This document shows, piece after piece, positions 24,722 to 36,345 of a stretch of 50,040 nucleotides of DNA. The DNA is from Tubiluchus corallicola (taxonomy: Eukaryota > Animalia > Priapulida), in assembly GCA_030141605.1 (NCBI GenBank), contig JAQGDQ010000755.1, positions 51,561 through 101,600 on the forward strand. The letters run 5' to 3'. Both the position numbers and the translations under genes were made by a program. Position 1 is the stretch's first letter; the number at the start of each line of letters is the position of its first letter. Below the pieces are notes generated by a model that made no database searches, was not told the origin of the DNA, and worked only from the letters and a program-made list of their open reading frames with translations.

Positions 24722-26149
24722 AGTCACATGACTTCGATATGTGTTATGGTATATGTAATTTAGAGAATTTGTGTCTTCTTGAGTTAATTAAATTATTGTT
24801 TCCTGCGCTCTGCAGTTACAATTTGTGTTTATTGGTAATTTGCTGTTAGAGTTCTCTAATGGTGTTCTAATGTTTAGGCAAGGATGCGAGTTACTTTTGT
24901 TTAAGTTAATCAATTTTGCAGTCTTGATTAACTACTGGATTACCTGTGTGAAATATGTTGCATTGTATTAGCATGTTATTGCTGTGTAATGTTACTTTAT
25001 GTGACGTTTGTTAAAGCAATTTATTAATTTACTTATACACATTTTTATTGATCCATAGTGTTTTATATTGGAATCTTTGCAAATGTAGTGATTTGAAGTC
25101 GTTAATATTATAAAAGGTGCAGCACTTTTTGTTTACTTTTCTATATTTTTAACAGAATAAACAACTAATGTACACACTTATGTCTGGACTCGATGTTTGG
25201 ATTGGAGTGTTTGAGCATTCTTGGTCATTCTTGATGAAATAGGTCAGGCATGCTACAACTACAGTACAAAATTACAGAACAATAGAATTATAGTTTAGCA
25301 ACAGTTAAATGAAAAATTATTTGTTAAATAAAGTCAGTGTTAAACAAAATCGGTGTGCGTCATTTGCGGAAGGGACAAAAAGGCTGCTAGGCAGAAATAC
25401 ATCTGTCCTCTAACACTGGCTATCTTATTCAGCTATCATGATCTTCTCAACATTTAAGATGAAATTTTAGTTACCAGGAAGTATGTTAACTTGCAGCAAT
25501 GTTTATGCTTTTACTGTTTCTGCAGTGCTATATAAAGTTGTGCAGTTCTATTTTGATTATTAACGTCTTTTATTTTCGAGCATGCGCAGTTAAGTTACAT
25601 AAGTGGTTCAATTGAAAGAAATTAGTAGGACTAATCGTAAAACTGAAAGTAATTATCAAATACTGAAAACAACAACAAAAAAGCACAGTATTATTTACAT
25701 AGAAGAACCCAAAGTAATTAATTTAGAAATACTGTGATAAAAAATAAATAAAATCTCTATTTTATATAAACTTATACAATCTTTTGCTGAGTTTATTGTC
25801 GCTAGCTGTCTTGAAGTTAAACCGCATTCCTTTACAATTTTACGATATAATGCATAAAAATTTCTAAATACATCTTTCGGGGTAACATTATTTTCTATAA
25901 CAATTTTGTGCAAGTTGAAAACCATTGAGTTTCCACCTGCTTTTATGCTTTTATGTTTGCTTGTTTATTTGGCTTTTAAACAAATTAATATTAATAACTT
26001 GGTGGATTTATGTAATTCTTGTGCCAATGTTTAACATAAAGACCCACTTATTTTTTGCGGAGTTATCGCTGAAATAATTTTCAAAATTGTAAAAAAACTT
26101 AAGTAATTTAACGGGCTACAGCTCATCCTAGCATTATGCGTAATAAATG

Positions 26150-26665
26150 CAATGCCATGTTACAGCTCGTGCTAGCATTATGCATAGGAAGTGTATTGTC
26201 AGGATACATCTCATGATAGCATTATGCCTAGGAAGTGTATTGTCAGGATACATCTCATGCTAGCATTATGCATGGGAAGTGTATTGTCAGGATACATCTC
26301 ATGCTAGCATTATGCATAGGAAGTGTATTGTCAGGATACATCTCATGCTAGCATTATGCATAGGAAGTGTATTGTCAGGTTACATCTTATGCTAGCATTA
26401 TGCATAGGAAGTGTATTGTCAGGATACATCTCATGCTAGCATTATGCATAGGAAGTGTATTGTCAGGTTACATCTTATGCTAGCATTATGCATAGGAAGT
26501 GTATTGGGTGTTTGTGGTTTGGTTTTGTGTTTGTGGAAGTGTATTGTCAGGTTACATCTTATGCTAGCATTATGCATAGGAAGTGTATTGTCAGGATACA
26601 TCTCATGCTAGCATTATGCATAGGAAGTGTATTGTCAGACCACAGCTCATGCTAGCCGTATGCAT
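26150..26665 (+). repeat. 44-bp tandem array (~11 copies)
   Basis: Unit gaagtgtattgtcaggatacatctcatgctagcattatgcatag, with a G/T-only interruption at ~26507-26535. Confidence 0.95.
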
Positions 26666-27359
26666 GTGAGGAAATGTAAACTTAGCGTATGTGCTTAAAA
26701 CTTAAACTATTTAATAACGGATGCCTTGTATACCCAAGAAATAAGTTCTGTGACTGTAAGTGAACTACAACAGCTTAATTTTTCACTGTTGTCTCTCCAT
26801 GAGAAAGTTGCAGTTAAGAAAAGAGATTGTTCAACACGTGATCTTGAAATTAGCTAACGCATTAAAATTACACAAGTTTGTCACGTTTTACACCGTTTTA
26901 AAACAATGGCTAAAATTTTTTGAAGCAGCACCTCACTAATCTTAGCTACAAGCCGGTACAGAACTTCATTAACTTGAACAAAAAGCTAAAATTCACAATG
27001 GGGGTTGGGGGTAACGACTGTAATGTAACCAAAATGGCCGCCCATCGCGTTTTAAACGTTTAAAAAGGAGTAAATAGCACTAACTGTATCTATACTAAAA
27101 TTATATATATTTGTTATTTGTTTTTGGCTACTATAGTTAAAATGTAATAGCTTTGTTGTGTACTTTCGCATGTTGTTGCTGTTTTGCTGTATGTATGTCA
27201 CTGTAATATAATGTATATGCCAATAATAAATTCTAAATTCGATCAAATTATTTTTATTTCTTAGCTGTTTAAAGGTAAACAAGATAATCTTTTGTATCCT
27301 ACTCCATTTTGAACCACGGCAAAATATATTTGAACACAAATTTTCTTCCTCTACCATTT

Positions 27360-27529
27360 TTATACGTTTGAGTTGAATTCTAAATCATAACGCTTGGGAT
27401 ATTTCCAAATCTTCCATGGACTTTCCCGCTCTCTTCGAGTTCTGTGTTTGTACGGATTTTCCAAATATGGGGGAAACACATATTTTCTTGAGCGTTTATC
27501 TCTGCTGCGCTTCTCTCGTGGACCTGAAC
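27360..27529 (-). CDS. Kunitz inhibitor gene, terminal exon (basic tail)
   Basis: Acceptor ttttacag|, phase 1. Encodes (G)SGPREKRSRDKRSRKYVFPPYLENPYKHRTRRERESPWKIWKYPKRYDLEFNSNV*. Confidence 0.7.
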
Positions 27530-28270
27530 CTGTAAAACCAACATTTTAAATTAAGATGTTTGTCTTGTGCCATCAAATAGCTTACCACTTTAAAAAGTGT
27601 CGGATTTCTATCAATTTTGAGCTTGAACTTTTTTTAATTGAGAATTAATTCTACATCCCACTGTGTTATTTTTAGTTCCATTTTTATTTATTCACTAAAT
27701 TATTTACATTTTTGATGTTTATCAAATCCACTAAGCAACATCAAAATTGCCAGCACTACCACCATCATTGCTCTCCGGAATGTTGTTGCTGTTGCTGTTG
27801 CTGGTGTTGGTGGTGGTGGTGGTGGCAGTGGCGGTAGAGGTGGTGGCTGTTGTTGCTGCTACTACTGTTGCTGCTGCTCCTGCGGGTGCACGCTGAATCA
27901 CTATCACATCCGGTGGGCAAGTTCAATGGGGGAACTACCGACACGGTAACGGAGAGTCTTCTCGACTACGGAGTGTACTTCATTACACCCGAGTATTTCA
28001 AAGCTCTGTTTGTTCACAATTTCTTCGTGAAATTAAATACGGCTTTTAATGTTGACATCTACGCTTGATGCATGCATACCAAGAGTCAAAATTTCCATTT
28101 TCCTATTTGAAGGGTTTGGAAGTAGTAAGAACCCGAGTATGTGCCCGGAAAAAGTACTTGTTGTTGGTTTTTTTAAGTTTTATATCTTAATTTCGGAGTC
28201 ATAATGTACAAACTCGACATTATTAATAGTTTCTGCTAATAAGTTTTGAAGATGTAAATTTCGCTCATAC

Positions 28271-28450
28271 CTCCACAGAATTTGTCACATGCTTCCTTTG
28301 TGGGGAACTGATTGTAAATTCCAGGACAGGCTGCAAAGTGGAACTTCTCGCAAACATTAGTTTTCGGATTGTAATGCCAGGCTTCCCGGGAAGAGATTCT
28401 ACATATGAATTCTGGCAGTGGGTCTTTCTCCCCACTGCATACTCCCTTTC
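28271..28450 (-). CDS. Kunitz inhibitor gene, Kunitz domain 2 exon
   Basis: tttag| to G|gtatga. Encodes VCSGEKDPLPEFICRISSREAWHYNPKTNVCEKFHFAACPGIYNQFPTKEACDKFC: six Cys with BPTI spacing, P1 Arg. Confidence 0.9.
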
Positions 28451-28956
28451 CTAAACGCAAAATGAAACAAATGGTAAAACGTCACATTAAAGCAAAGGCC
28501 AAGTCTCTCGAGAAATTGAGCTTATTCTAATATTTGAGAAAAACATTAGAAAGTTTCAGCAATGAAATTGTAGTTAGCGCCTAGTGTAATTGCTAATTTC
28601 AGTTTCAAATCGCAATCACTTCAAGCTTAAGCGCGCTCGTTTTGGTGAAAAATGGCGTCATCTGGTTACCGTGCAATATAAACAGTTATTCTGCCAAGTG
28701 CCTAAAGCAGGATAATTTTTCATATGCAACACCATTTTCAACTGCGATAAAAGTATACATTTTAACACGATTAATATTGAAAAAGCGTTTCTGATAATTA
28801 AATAATAGATTAAAAACGTAATTAACGGCGGGCAATGACAAACTAACATAATTTTCAACAGCAAAAACATTTCACGAGCGTGTTGCACGTGTTTTAGAAA
28901 GCGAAAATTTAAGTAGCGTGCTACTGTACTTTATTCAGTGTGTTGTTTTAAAACTA

Positions 28957-29405
28957 AGCAAACTTACCTGTACTAAAATTACATGTCCAAAGCTTACCTG
29001 TACCAAACTCACCTTTACCAAACTTGCCTGCTCCAAACTCAGCTATACCAAAATTACCTGTACTAGACTCACTTGTACCTAATTTACCTGTACCAAACTC
29101 ACCTGTACCAAACTTACCTATACCAAACTCACCTGTACCAAACTTACCTGTACTAAAATTACATGTCCAAAGCTTACCTGTACCAAACTCACCTTTACCA
29201 AAATTACCTCTACCAAACTTACCTGTACGAAACGTAACTGTACCAAACTTACCTGCACCAAACTCACCTGTACCAAAATTACCTGTACTAGACTCACCTG
29301 TACCAAACTTGCCTGCACCAAACTCACCTGTACCAAAATTACCTGTACTAGACTCACCTGTACCAAACTTACCTGTACGAAACTTACCTGTACCAAACCT
29401 ACCGT
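28957..29405 (-). repeat. 15-bp tandem array (~30 copies) containing the 5' splice-site consensus
   Basis: Minus-strand unit tttggtaCAGGTAAG / tttggtaCAGGTGAG. Confidence 0.95.
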
Positions 29406-29439
29406 GCACCAAACAAACCACATAACCTGGGGTGCTTAC

Positions 29440-29615
29440 CTCTGCAGGTCTGAACGCACTCCAAGGCTGAATCAAAATGGAGACTTCTCTTCGGACATCC
29501 AGGAGAATCTGGTTCGTAACGTTCACAATAGCCCGTAGCTGTGTTGAAGTAGTAGTAGTAGTCACGATCAGCGTAGAAGGTGTTTAAACGACATGTTGAC
29601 GCCAATGGTGGGTCG
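29440..29615 (-). CDS. Kunitz inhibitor gene, Kunitz domain 1 main exon
   Basis: tgcag| to G|gtaagc. Encodes DPPLASTCRLNTFYADRDYYYYFNTATGYCERYEPDSPGCPKRSLHFDSALECVQTCR (Cys 2-6); phase 2/1. Confidence 0.85.
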
Positions 29616-30307
29616 CTGCATAATAAATTAAAAGCATTAAAGGAAGAAGGATGATTTTTTTTATACTACCCCATTTACAAGTCCGATAAAAATTATACAT
29701 TTAAAAAAATTGATACTGCAAGAGCGTTTCTGATTATTAAGTGATACATTAAATGCTTAATTAACTGCAGGGATGCAGCGCAGGCGAAATGAAACCACAG
29801 ACCAACATAATTTTCAACAGAAAAAATATTCCGCTTGCATGTTGCCCGTGTTTCCGAATGCGAAAACTGAAGTACAGTGCAACTGCGAGATATTCATCGT
29901 GTTGTACTAAAAATAGGAATGTTTTAAGATAAAAATTCAAATTTCAAATTTACTGCTGTGTTCACGGATGAACTGCCGAACGTGTGCAGTTCGTCACAAA
30001 CTAACAATTCTCATCTGAAAGGCACAACACCTGTTTCACGTGCAATGCGTTTCCGAAATGCAAGCGCTAGCGCCAGTCTAACTAGTGAGTGGCGAAATGC
30101 ATGTAGCAGCGAAGAACTAGATGCGCGAACCCGAAATTGTGTTTGTGTGGTTATAATTCTTTCACGTAAGTTATTTTTGCAAAAATAGTGTGTTTCCTTT
30201 CAATATTTTAGAGTAGATTGTTTTGACCTAATGTTTGAGATTGGGTCCGGTTTTACTTTAAAATTAAGTCAATTTATAAATGCGCTTCGAAACATTAATT
30301 GGAAAGA

Positions 30308-30526
30308 AATTAAAAAAATTTCTCCTAAATCCAGCATTAACGACCATATTTGTACCTCTGGTATATGCTTTGTACAAGATTTGTACGTGATTTGTACATG
30401 ATTTGTACATGATTTGTACGTGATTTGTACATGATTTGTACGTGATTTGTACGTGATTTGTACGTGATTAGTACCAGAGGCACAAATATGGTCGTTAATG
30501 CTGGATTGAGGAGAATTTTTTTAATT
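30308..30526. repeat. Small foldback element: ~55-bp inverted arms around an 11-bp tandem array
   Basis: aatccagcattaacgaccatatttgtacctctggta / taccagaggcacaaatatggtcgttaatgctggatt flank (gatttgtacRt)n. Confidence 0.85.
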
Positions 30527-30766
30527 CAGTTCAAATTTAATCATTTCAGCATTGTGACCAGAGCTGCAAATAACTGGGACTTCACTTAAGTAGTTCAATT
30601 CCATTAACTTTATTTTCAAACACTTAGCTATTCATTACTGTATCTATTTCTTTTCGACAGGTCTGTGTATTCATTACCTATTTGGCTTTTTCATAAATAC
30701 ATAATTAGTGCATACTTTTCTATACTGTAAGCTCTGCCTTTATTCACTGGCTGTTGTTTGCCTAGG

Positions 30767-30813
30767 GTACCACTGATGATGATGACAGCTGATTGTTGTT
30801 GAAACATTTGTAC
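30767..30813 (+). ncRNA. Degenerate minimal hammerhead ribozyme motif (Penelope-type)
   Basis: gtac-ca-CTGATGA-tg..acagc(tgatt)gttgt-t-GAAA-catt-t-gtac. Confidence 0.4.
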
Positions 30814-31350
30814 ATGTTTTTAGCAGTTGTAATTTAAGTTTTCAAAACACGATGTGTTGTTTTATTAATTAAAGTTAAAATACACTTATTTGTTTCTCTG
30901 ACTGTTCAAAAACGATTTATTGATATTAAAAGTAAGCATTGAATTCCACTTTGGCATTCCATAACTACGGCAATAACTGTGATTAGTGTAGCTAAAAAAT
31001 GTCGTGGTTGCATTTCACCAAATTCATACAGGAAGGGCCTAAAGAGGTCATTCCAGAAAGTTGGACTTATTTGACTGATGTTGACAGTTAGGATTTAGTA
31101 GTATAAGTGTAATAAGCATCTCGTGTAATTAGTAAAGTTATTTTAAAGCCGCTATCACTTCAAGCTTGAGCGCTTAGTTTCATTCTTCCACCAATGACGT
31201 CGTTCATCCCACAAAGAAACGTTGTTCATGCTATCAACTTTTCTCTAAAATATAATTTTGTGATATTTTTGCATGAATATTAAGTAACCCGCAAAAGTTT
31301 GAATTAGTTTAAGCAGTGCGTACTTACGAAAAACCAATGTATGCACTTAC

Positions 31351-31413
31351 AAGAAGTTACAAGGTCCACCAGTTACGTCATAATTTTCATGTGAATTTTA
31401 GCTACCACTAAGT
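31351..31413 (-). CDS. Kunitz inhibitor gene, exon 2 (apparent 1-nt frameshift)
   Basis: ttttag| to TT|gtaagt. The 3' part reads SHENYDVTGGPCNF and supplies Cys1 in the right phase. The exon is 63 nt where 64 is needed. Confidence 0.6.
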
Positions 31414-31640
31414 CTAAAATTTCTGTACAGTGGTAGTAAAAATTAGTTTTTTGCTTTCCAGACAGCTTTTCTGCAATTTTTGGCAAGTTTTTTAAGTTTA
31501 AGTGCAAATAGGAAAACAAACTCAACATACTGAGTGACTTGTTCTTTCCTTTAAAACCAAAAAAAGCCCTTCCTTACTGTTAGACCTGCTGGGTTTGGAA
31601 TCATTTTAGCAATCAATAAGAAAACTTTAGACTTTCTTAC

Positions 31641-31734
31641 CTGCAGGCGCATCAGGTGCTACTTCATTTTTATTATTTCCAGCAGCCACCATTGAAGAAA
31701 ACAGAACTGTTAAAATGACAGAAAAAGCTACCAT
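31641..31734 (-). CDS. Kunitz inhibitor gene, exon 1 (signal peptide)
   Basis: gccATGG Kozak context. Encodes MVAFSVILTVLFSSMVAAGNNKNEVAPDAPA, then G|gtaaga. Confidence 0.8.
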
Positions 31735-32276
31735 GGCTGACGAATAAACTGCAGTAATGTTTTCAAACGAGTCAAATCTGATATTTGTCACACTCGACTG
31801 ATATCATTGCTTATTTATATAGGGGGACCCACATCTGCATTAGCAAAAACCAGACCCGTGTGACCAAACAAACAGCAACAATTTTTCCTAAAAGTCAAAT
31901 CTTTTACATTATCACTATAAATCACATTTCCTCTGCTCATATATGCAGGGAGCTAAATCGATTCAGCACATTAAGTACTTGTAATTATGCACGTATTTGC
32001 AACAAAGACATTAATTTACGACTGGTGGTCCTGTGCTAAAACATGGCAACAAGTGTTGCAATTCCTATTACAAGATGTATTCGTGTCTTTCATGTACCAT
32101 GACAATACCGACTAGTGGCCCTGTGCTGAAACATAGCAACAAGTGTTGCAATTCATCATAGTTATGAATATTGAATAAGTCTGTCGCTAACAAGTAAATT
32201 AAAATAGTATATTAGTGTGGCTTATTGGATTACGTTCCAATAATGTAGTTATAAATGATATGTTTTCACACTGCAG

Positions 32277-32467
32277 ATGTTAGTCATGAAATCTGCAGGG
32301 CGTCGTTTACGCCCAGTAAAATTGATTCATATTTTTGTGTTTTTATTAGTAATTAAGTTTGCAAACTTACGAAAATGCTTCAATGAGCCGATGTCGAAAG
32401 GCAAAACGTTCGTTATTCCAGATAAGCGCGTTAACCTTCCTACAGCAGCTGTGGTAAAGCCTGTCAG
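32277..32467 (+). CDS. PAN/apple + discoidin gene, first coding exon (signal/anchor + PAN start)
   Basis: Hydrophobic LIHIFVFLLVI followed by FVIPDKRVNLPTAAVVKPV. The AG|gtgaga donor is phase 2 and matches the exon at 35799. Confidence 0.6.
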
Positions 32468-32789
32468 GTGAGAGCAAAACTAAAAAAGTTTCGTTTTTAA
32501 AGAAACCTGATCTCTCTTGAGTAAAATGCGTGTATGAATTGAGATAATAACATTTTGCTTTGACAAAAACTTACAAGAACTGGACATTGAAATTTAAAAT
32601 ATCCTTAATTCGTAGGCCGTTTTGGTGTTTTTATGTATAAAAGCTCGCTTTAAAAGCACCAAGGTATATAAAACAAAACAGCAGTATTATTAATTACAAA
32701 ATAGTTGTGAAAGCTTTTTTATTTAAAACCGTTTAGCGTCTACCTAACGGTTCAGGACCGTAAGCGTTTTCTACATTTTGCATCGGTTC

Positions 32790-33104
32790 ATGAAAAATGG
32801 CTCTCACTAAACAGCGATTACATTATATTTGATAATTTTTGTACGTTTCTACTCCTTATACAACGCAAAAGACTTTAATGCAAAATTTTATATGAAATCC
32901 ATTTGCTTATATTGAAGAAATTAAAAAATCGATTTTTGGCGAAAAAAATGAGAAATGCTTTCAGTAACTCCAGTGTTTGCACTGTAACAATGTACAGTAT
33001 CACTTGTGTGAAATTAACTAATGCAGAAAATTTCAACTATCTAGACACAACACTCTGATACACTTTGGCCTCAAGTCTAATCTATATTTAAGGAGAAATT
33101 CCTC
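32790..33104 (+). repeat. Dispersed repeat with an inverted copy at ~48285-48560
   Basis: cagtgtttgcactgtaacaatgtacagtatcacttgtgtgaaat is reverse-complemented at ~48370-48412. Confidence 0.8.
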
Positions 33105-33108
33105 TTAA

Positions 33109-33715
33109 AGGACAAGATAAGGGGTACCTGAAGTAGTTTCGGAAGAATCGCCTTAAAAAATTATGTTACTATACAGCAATTTTATGCGTACGTCGTACTC
33201 GCGTTAAAAGGATTTTTTGTTTGTTTTCATTTTAAATCTCCCGCAATACTGTTCTGACGGCGCCATTACATGACGTCACTATGCACACCGTAAATCAGGG
33301 AAAAAAGGAAATGTTAAAGTATGTCCCAAAAAACTTTCCATGCAAACCTAAATTACTTAGCTTTTCACTTACCTGCTAGAAAAACTTATGTAACTAGAAA
33401 AGAAAATTATTAATTATTTAAAATGTTTTCACCAATTGGTAAAATGTCGTTGACTCAGTCTCCAGGGTGCACCACTCACTAACCAAAAACTTACTTTTAT
33501 TCTTATTGACAAGATACAGTAATTAAAATTTTATTTAGTTAGTGACGTGTGTGCTACGAATGCTCTTATTATTTTTTCAAACTTCACACAATGTTATCTA
33601 AACTTGATTCAAATGACCTGTGGTCAAAATGGCTGCGTCTAACGGTCATCACGGGAGTTTAAATTTACATGTTTTATAGGCAGTATGTAAGTTATATAAA
33701 ATTTCAAGCTTTGTG
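33109..33715 (+). mobile_element. Kolobok-like non-autonomous element copy
   Basis: Starts TTAA|AGGACAAGATAAGGGGTACC; homologous to 38039 and 13587. Confidence 0.7.
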
Positions 33716-34658
33716 TTTATGAAGGTTTTTTTGTGATGAGTTGAAACGACCTCATTTCCTCTTTTAGCTTATCGGTTAGCTGTTCCTGGAACTCTGTACA
33801 GCAGAGGGTCTTCTTGGGCTCTAGTAAGCAGCGGATCACTAAATTAGTGTGTACGATCATGCCATTGTACACCAGACTAAGTTGGAGTGCCTGAAAGGGC
33901 ATGATTTTCTTAATTTTATCCAATTAAACCACTTATAAATGTTTAAACAAATAGCATGATAGGATACGTGATATAATAACATAGAAACATAATAACAAAT
34001 GCTGAAAATAACATAGATGATGTTTTAACAAGGTAGGGTAGACGTCACAAAAGAGAAGGAAAAAAAGCGTCTATACTACTTTGTTATTTTTAGTAAACAC
34101 TGTAGCTCGTCCGACATTAGTCTGTGTATGACTGTTGCCCTAATTGTTTTTAGAATCATAGTTTTTGCTTAATAAGCCTTTGCACGATTTCGTTGTGCGC
34201 ACACGCAGTTGCTGTGGGTCAAAGGTTAAGTGTACCACAGCAACACGTCTTAACTACAGTAGTCACGTGACATGTGTGTAAAACTAAGCCTTCTACCGCA
34301 TCATTTCAGTAACTTCAGTTGTTTCACGTGGACTTTGTTTAAATGTGGATCAGCCTTTATGTAGAGAGATTTACTAGCAGGATCTTGATTGGGAACAAGG
34401 AAAATAAACTAGGTAAAATTCTAGCTAGCTGTTTAGTCTGTTAGTATTACAATAGCATTGGGCTGCGAGGCATTGTCAAGTGTACACAAATGCGTTGTCT
34501 GGTTCACTTAATCTTTGACCTTTTAACGATCATCATTAATCGCTTGAACTGTGAAAAGGCTTATTAATTTGGGTAATCTTGTTTACTCATGTGTACTTCG
34601 CCTACTTTTATCTTATCGTTGTTATCTGGAAAAAGTTCTAGCCCCCGTCATTTCAAAA

Positions 34659-35072
34659 TTGATGATTGTTGAATATCAGAAAGTACTGCATCGTACACTT
34701 GCCATACTATATAACTCATTCTGCAATGACGATAACGATTGATGATTGTTGAATATCAAAAAGCACTGTGTCGTACACTTGCCATACTACATAACTCTCA
34801 TTCTGCAATGACGATAACGATTGATGATTGTTGAATATCAAAAAGCACTGCATCGTACACTTGCCATACTACATAACTCTCATTCTACAATGACGATAAC
34901 GATTGATGATTGTTGAATATCAAAAACCGCTGTGTCGTACACTTGCCATACTATATAACTCTCATTCTGCAATGACGATAACGATTGATGATTGTTGAAT
35001 ATCAAAAACCGCTGTGTCGTACACTTGACATACTATATAACTCTCATTCTACAATGACGATAACGATTGATG
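34659..35072 (+). repeat. 82-bp tandem array (5 copies)
   Basis: Unit ttgatgattgttgaatatcaaaaagcactgtgtcgtacacttgccatact...caatgacgataacga. Confidence 0.95.
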
Positions 35073-35341
35073 AAACTTCCTCCTTTGAATTTTTAATAGC
35101 TAAGAGAACGTTTAAACTCTTGGCATGTGTAAATCGGTCAACAAGTACTGTCTTAAAAATACTGTCACTTGTAAACATGAATTCTACTTGTACAACCCTA
35201 GGAGCGAATAGGACATTTATCGCGCAAAACATTTGCAATTTCAATAACTCTACTCTTAATAATCGTGATATATTTGCTTACGAGTTGTGCTTACTTACTG
35301 AAGGGAAAACCACTTAAGCGTATGTAGAAATTCCTCAGATT

Positions 35342-35801
35342 ATAAAATCCATCATTATTTTCAGCAATTAAGGATTGTCACGCCATCTGAAGTGTATAAA
35401 ATCAATCATTATTTTCAGCACACAAAGATTGTCATACCATCTGAAGTGTATAAAATCAATCTTTATTTTCAGCACACAAGGATTGTCATGCCATCTGAAG
35501 TGTATAACATCCGTTATTATTCTCAGCAGTCTAGGTTTGTCATGCCATCTAAAGTGTATAAAATTTATCATTATTTTCAGCAATCAAGGGTTGTCACGCC
35601 ATCTGAACTGTATAAAATCCATCATTATTTTCAGCAATCAAGGATTGTCACGCCATCTGAAGTGTATAAAATCCATCATTATTTTCAGCAATCGAGGTTT
35701 GTCACGCCATCTGAAGTGTATAAAATTAGTTTTTGTTTTCAGCAATCTAGGTTTGCAATGCCATCTTGAAGTGTATAAAATCAATCATTATTTTCCAGCA
35801 A
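35342..35801 (+). repeat. 54-bp tandem array (~8.5 copies) ending at an exon acceptor
   Basis: Unit gtgtataaaatccatcattattttcagcaatcaaggattgtcacgccatctgaa. Confidence 0.95.
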
Positions 35802-35970
35802 ACTAGAATGTGCGTATTCTCTATTGATCAAATTCCTCTCAGCAAACTACAACAGTGACAAGAAAGAATGTCAATATTTTGCTGAGGGCTTCGTTGAATC
35901 AGAAATAAACACAGACAACGATCCTTTTGTAGATGAAGACGGTTGGGATGTAATTTACTATCATATAGGG
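35799..35970 (+). CDS. PAN/apple + discoidin gene, PAN-like exon
   Basis: ttttccag| to GGG|gtacgt. Encodes (S)KLECAYSLLIKFLSANYNSDKKECQYFAEG...DEDGWDVIYYHIG: the PAN-like SxxECA..SxNY..C..GW pattern with the inner Cys pair missing. Not in the ORF track. Confidence 0.7.
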
Positions 35971-36345
35971 GTACGTATAATGCATAACGCAACATCTAAT
36001 TAAGAAACGACTCGAAAAACAAGGAGTTAGTGGGAAGTGAATGGGTACTGTGTAATTAACGCAAGGTAAATAGTAAAGCATAAATTCTTATAGTTAGGTT
36101 TTTTGGTTTTGGATTTCTATATTAATATTTTATCAACTATAAACAGTTGCTGGCTGGTTATTGCACGGCCTACTTATTTTATTCATTTAGCTGTTAATTA
36201 TTCGATTAGTGTAATTGTTGTTTTTGGTTTGTTAAACAAAATTTTGTTCATGTTTATTTATTCATTCATTGATTTATATGTCACCTAAAAAGCTCGATCG
36301 GTGTCCCGATGGAACTATAGTAAGCTTAACCCTTGTTTGACGTAT

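Noticed and set aside
27770-27890. Possible extra low-complexity Kunitz exon
   Set aside because: Mixed trinucleotide repeats without convincing splice sites; the flanking exons already join in phase.
28954-29565. 203-aa GKFGT-repeat ORF
   Set aside because: Out of frame with the Kunitz exon; it is a translation of the 15-bp intronic satellite.
35375-35806. Cys/His-rich repeat ORFs as a stand-alone gene
   Set aside because: Translations of the 54-bp intronic array, with no independent gene structure.
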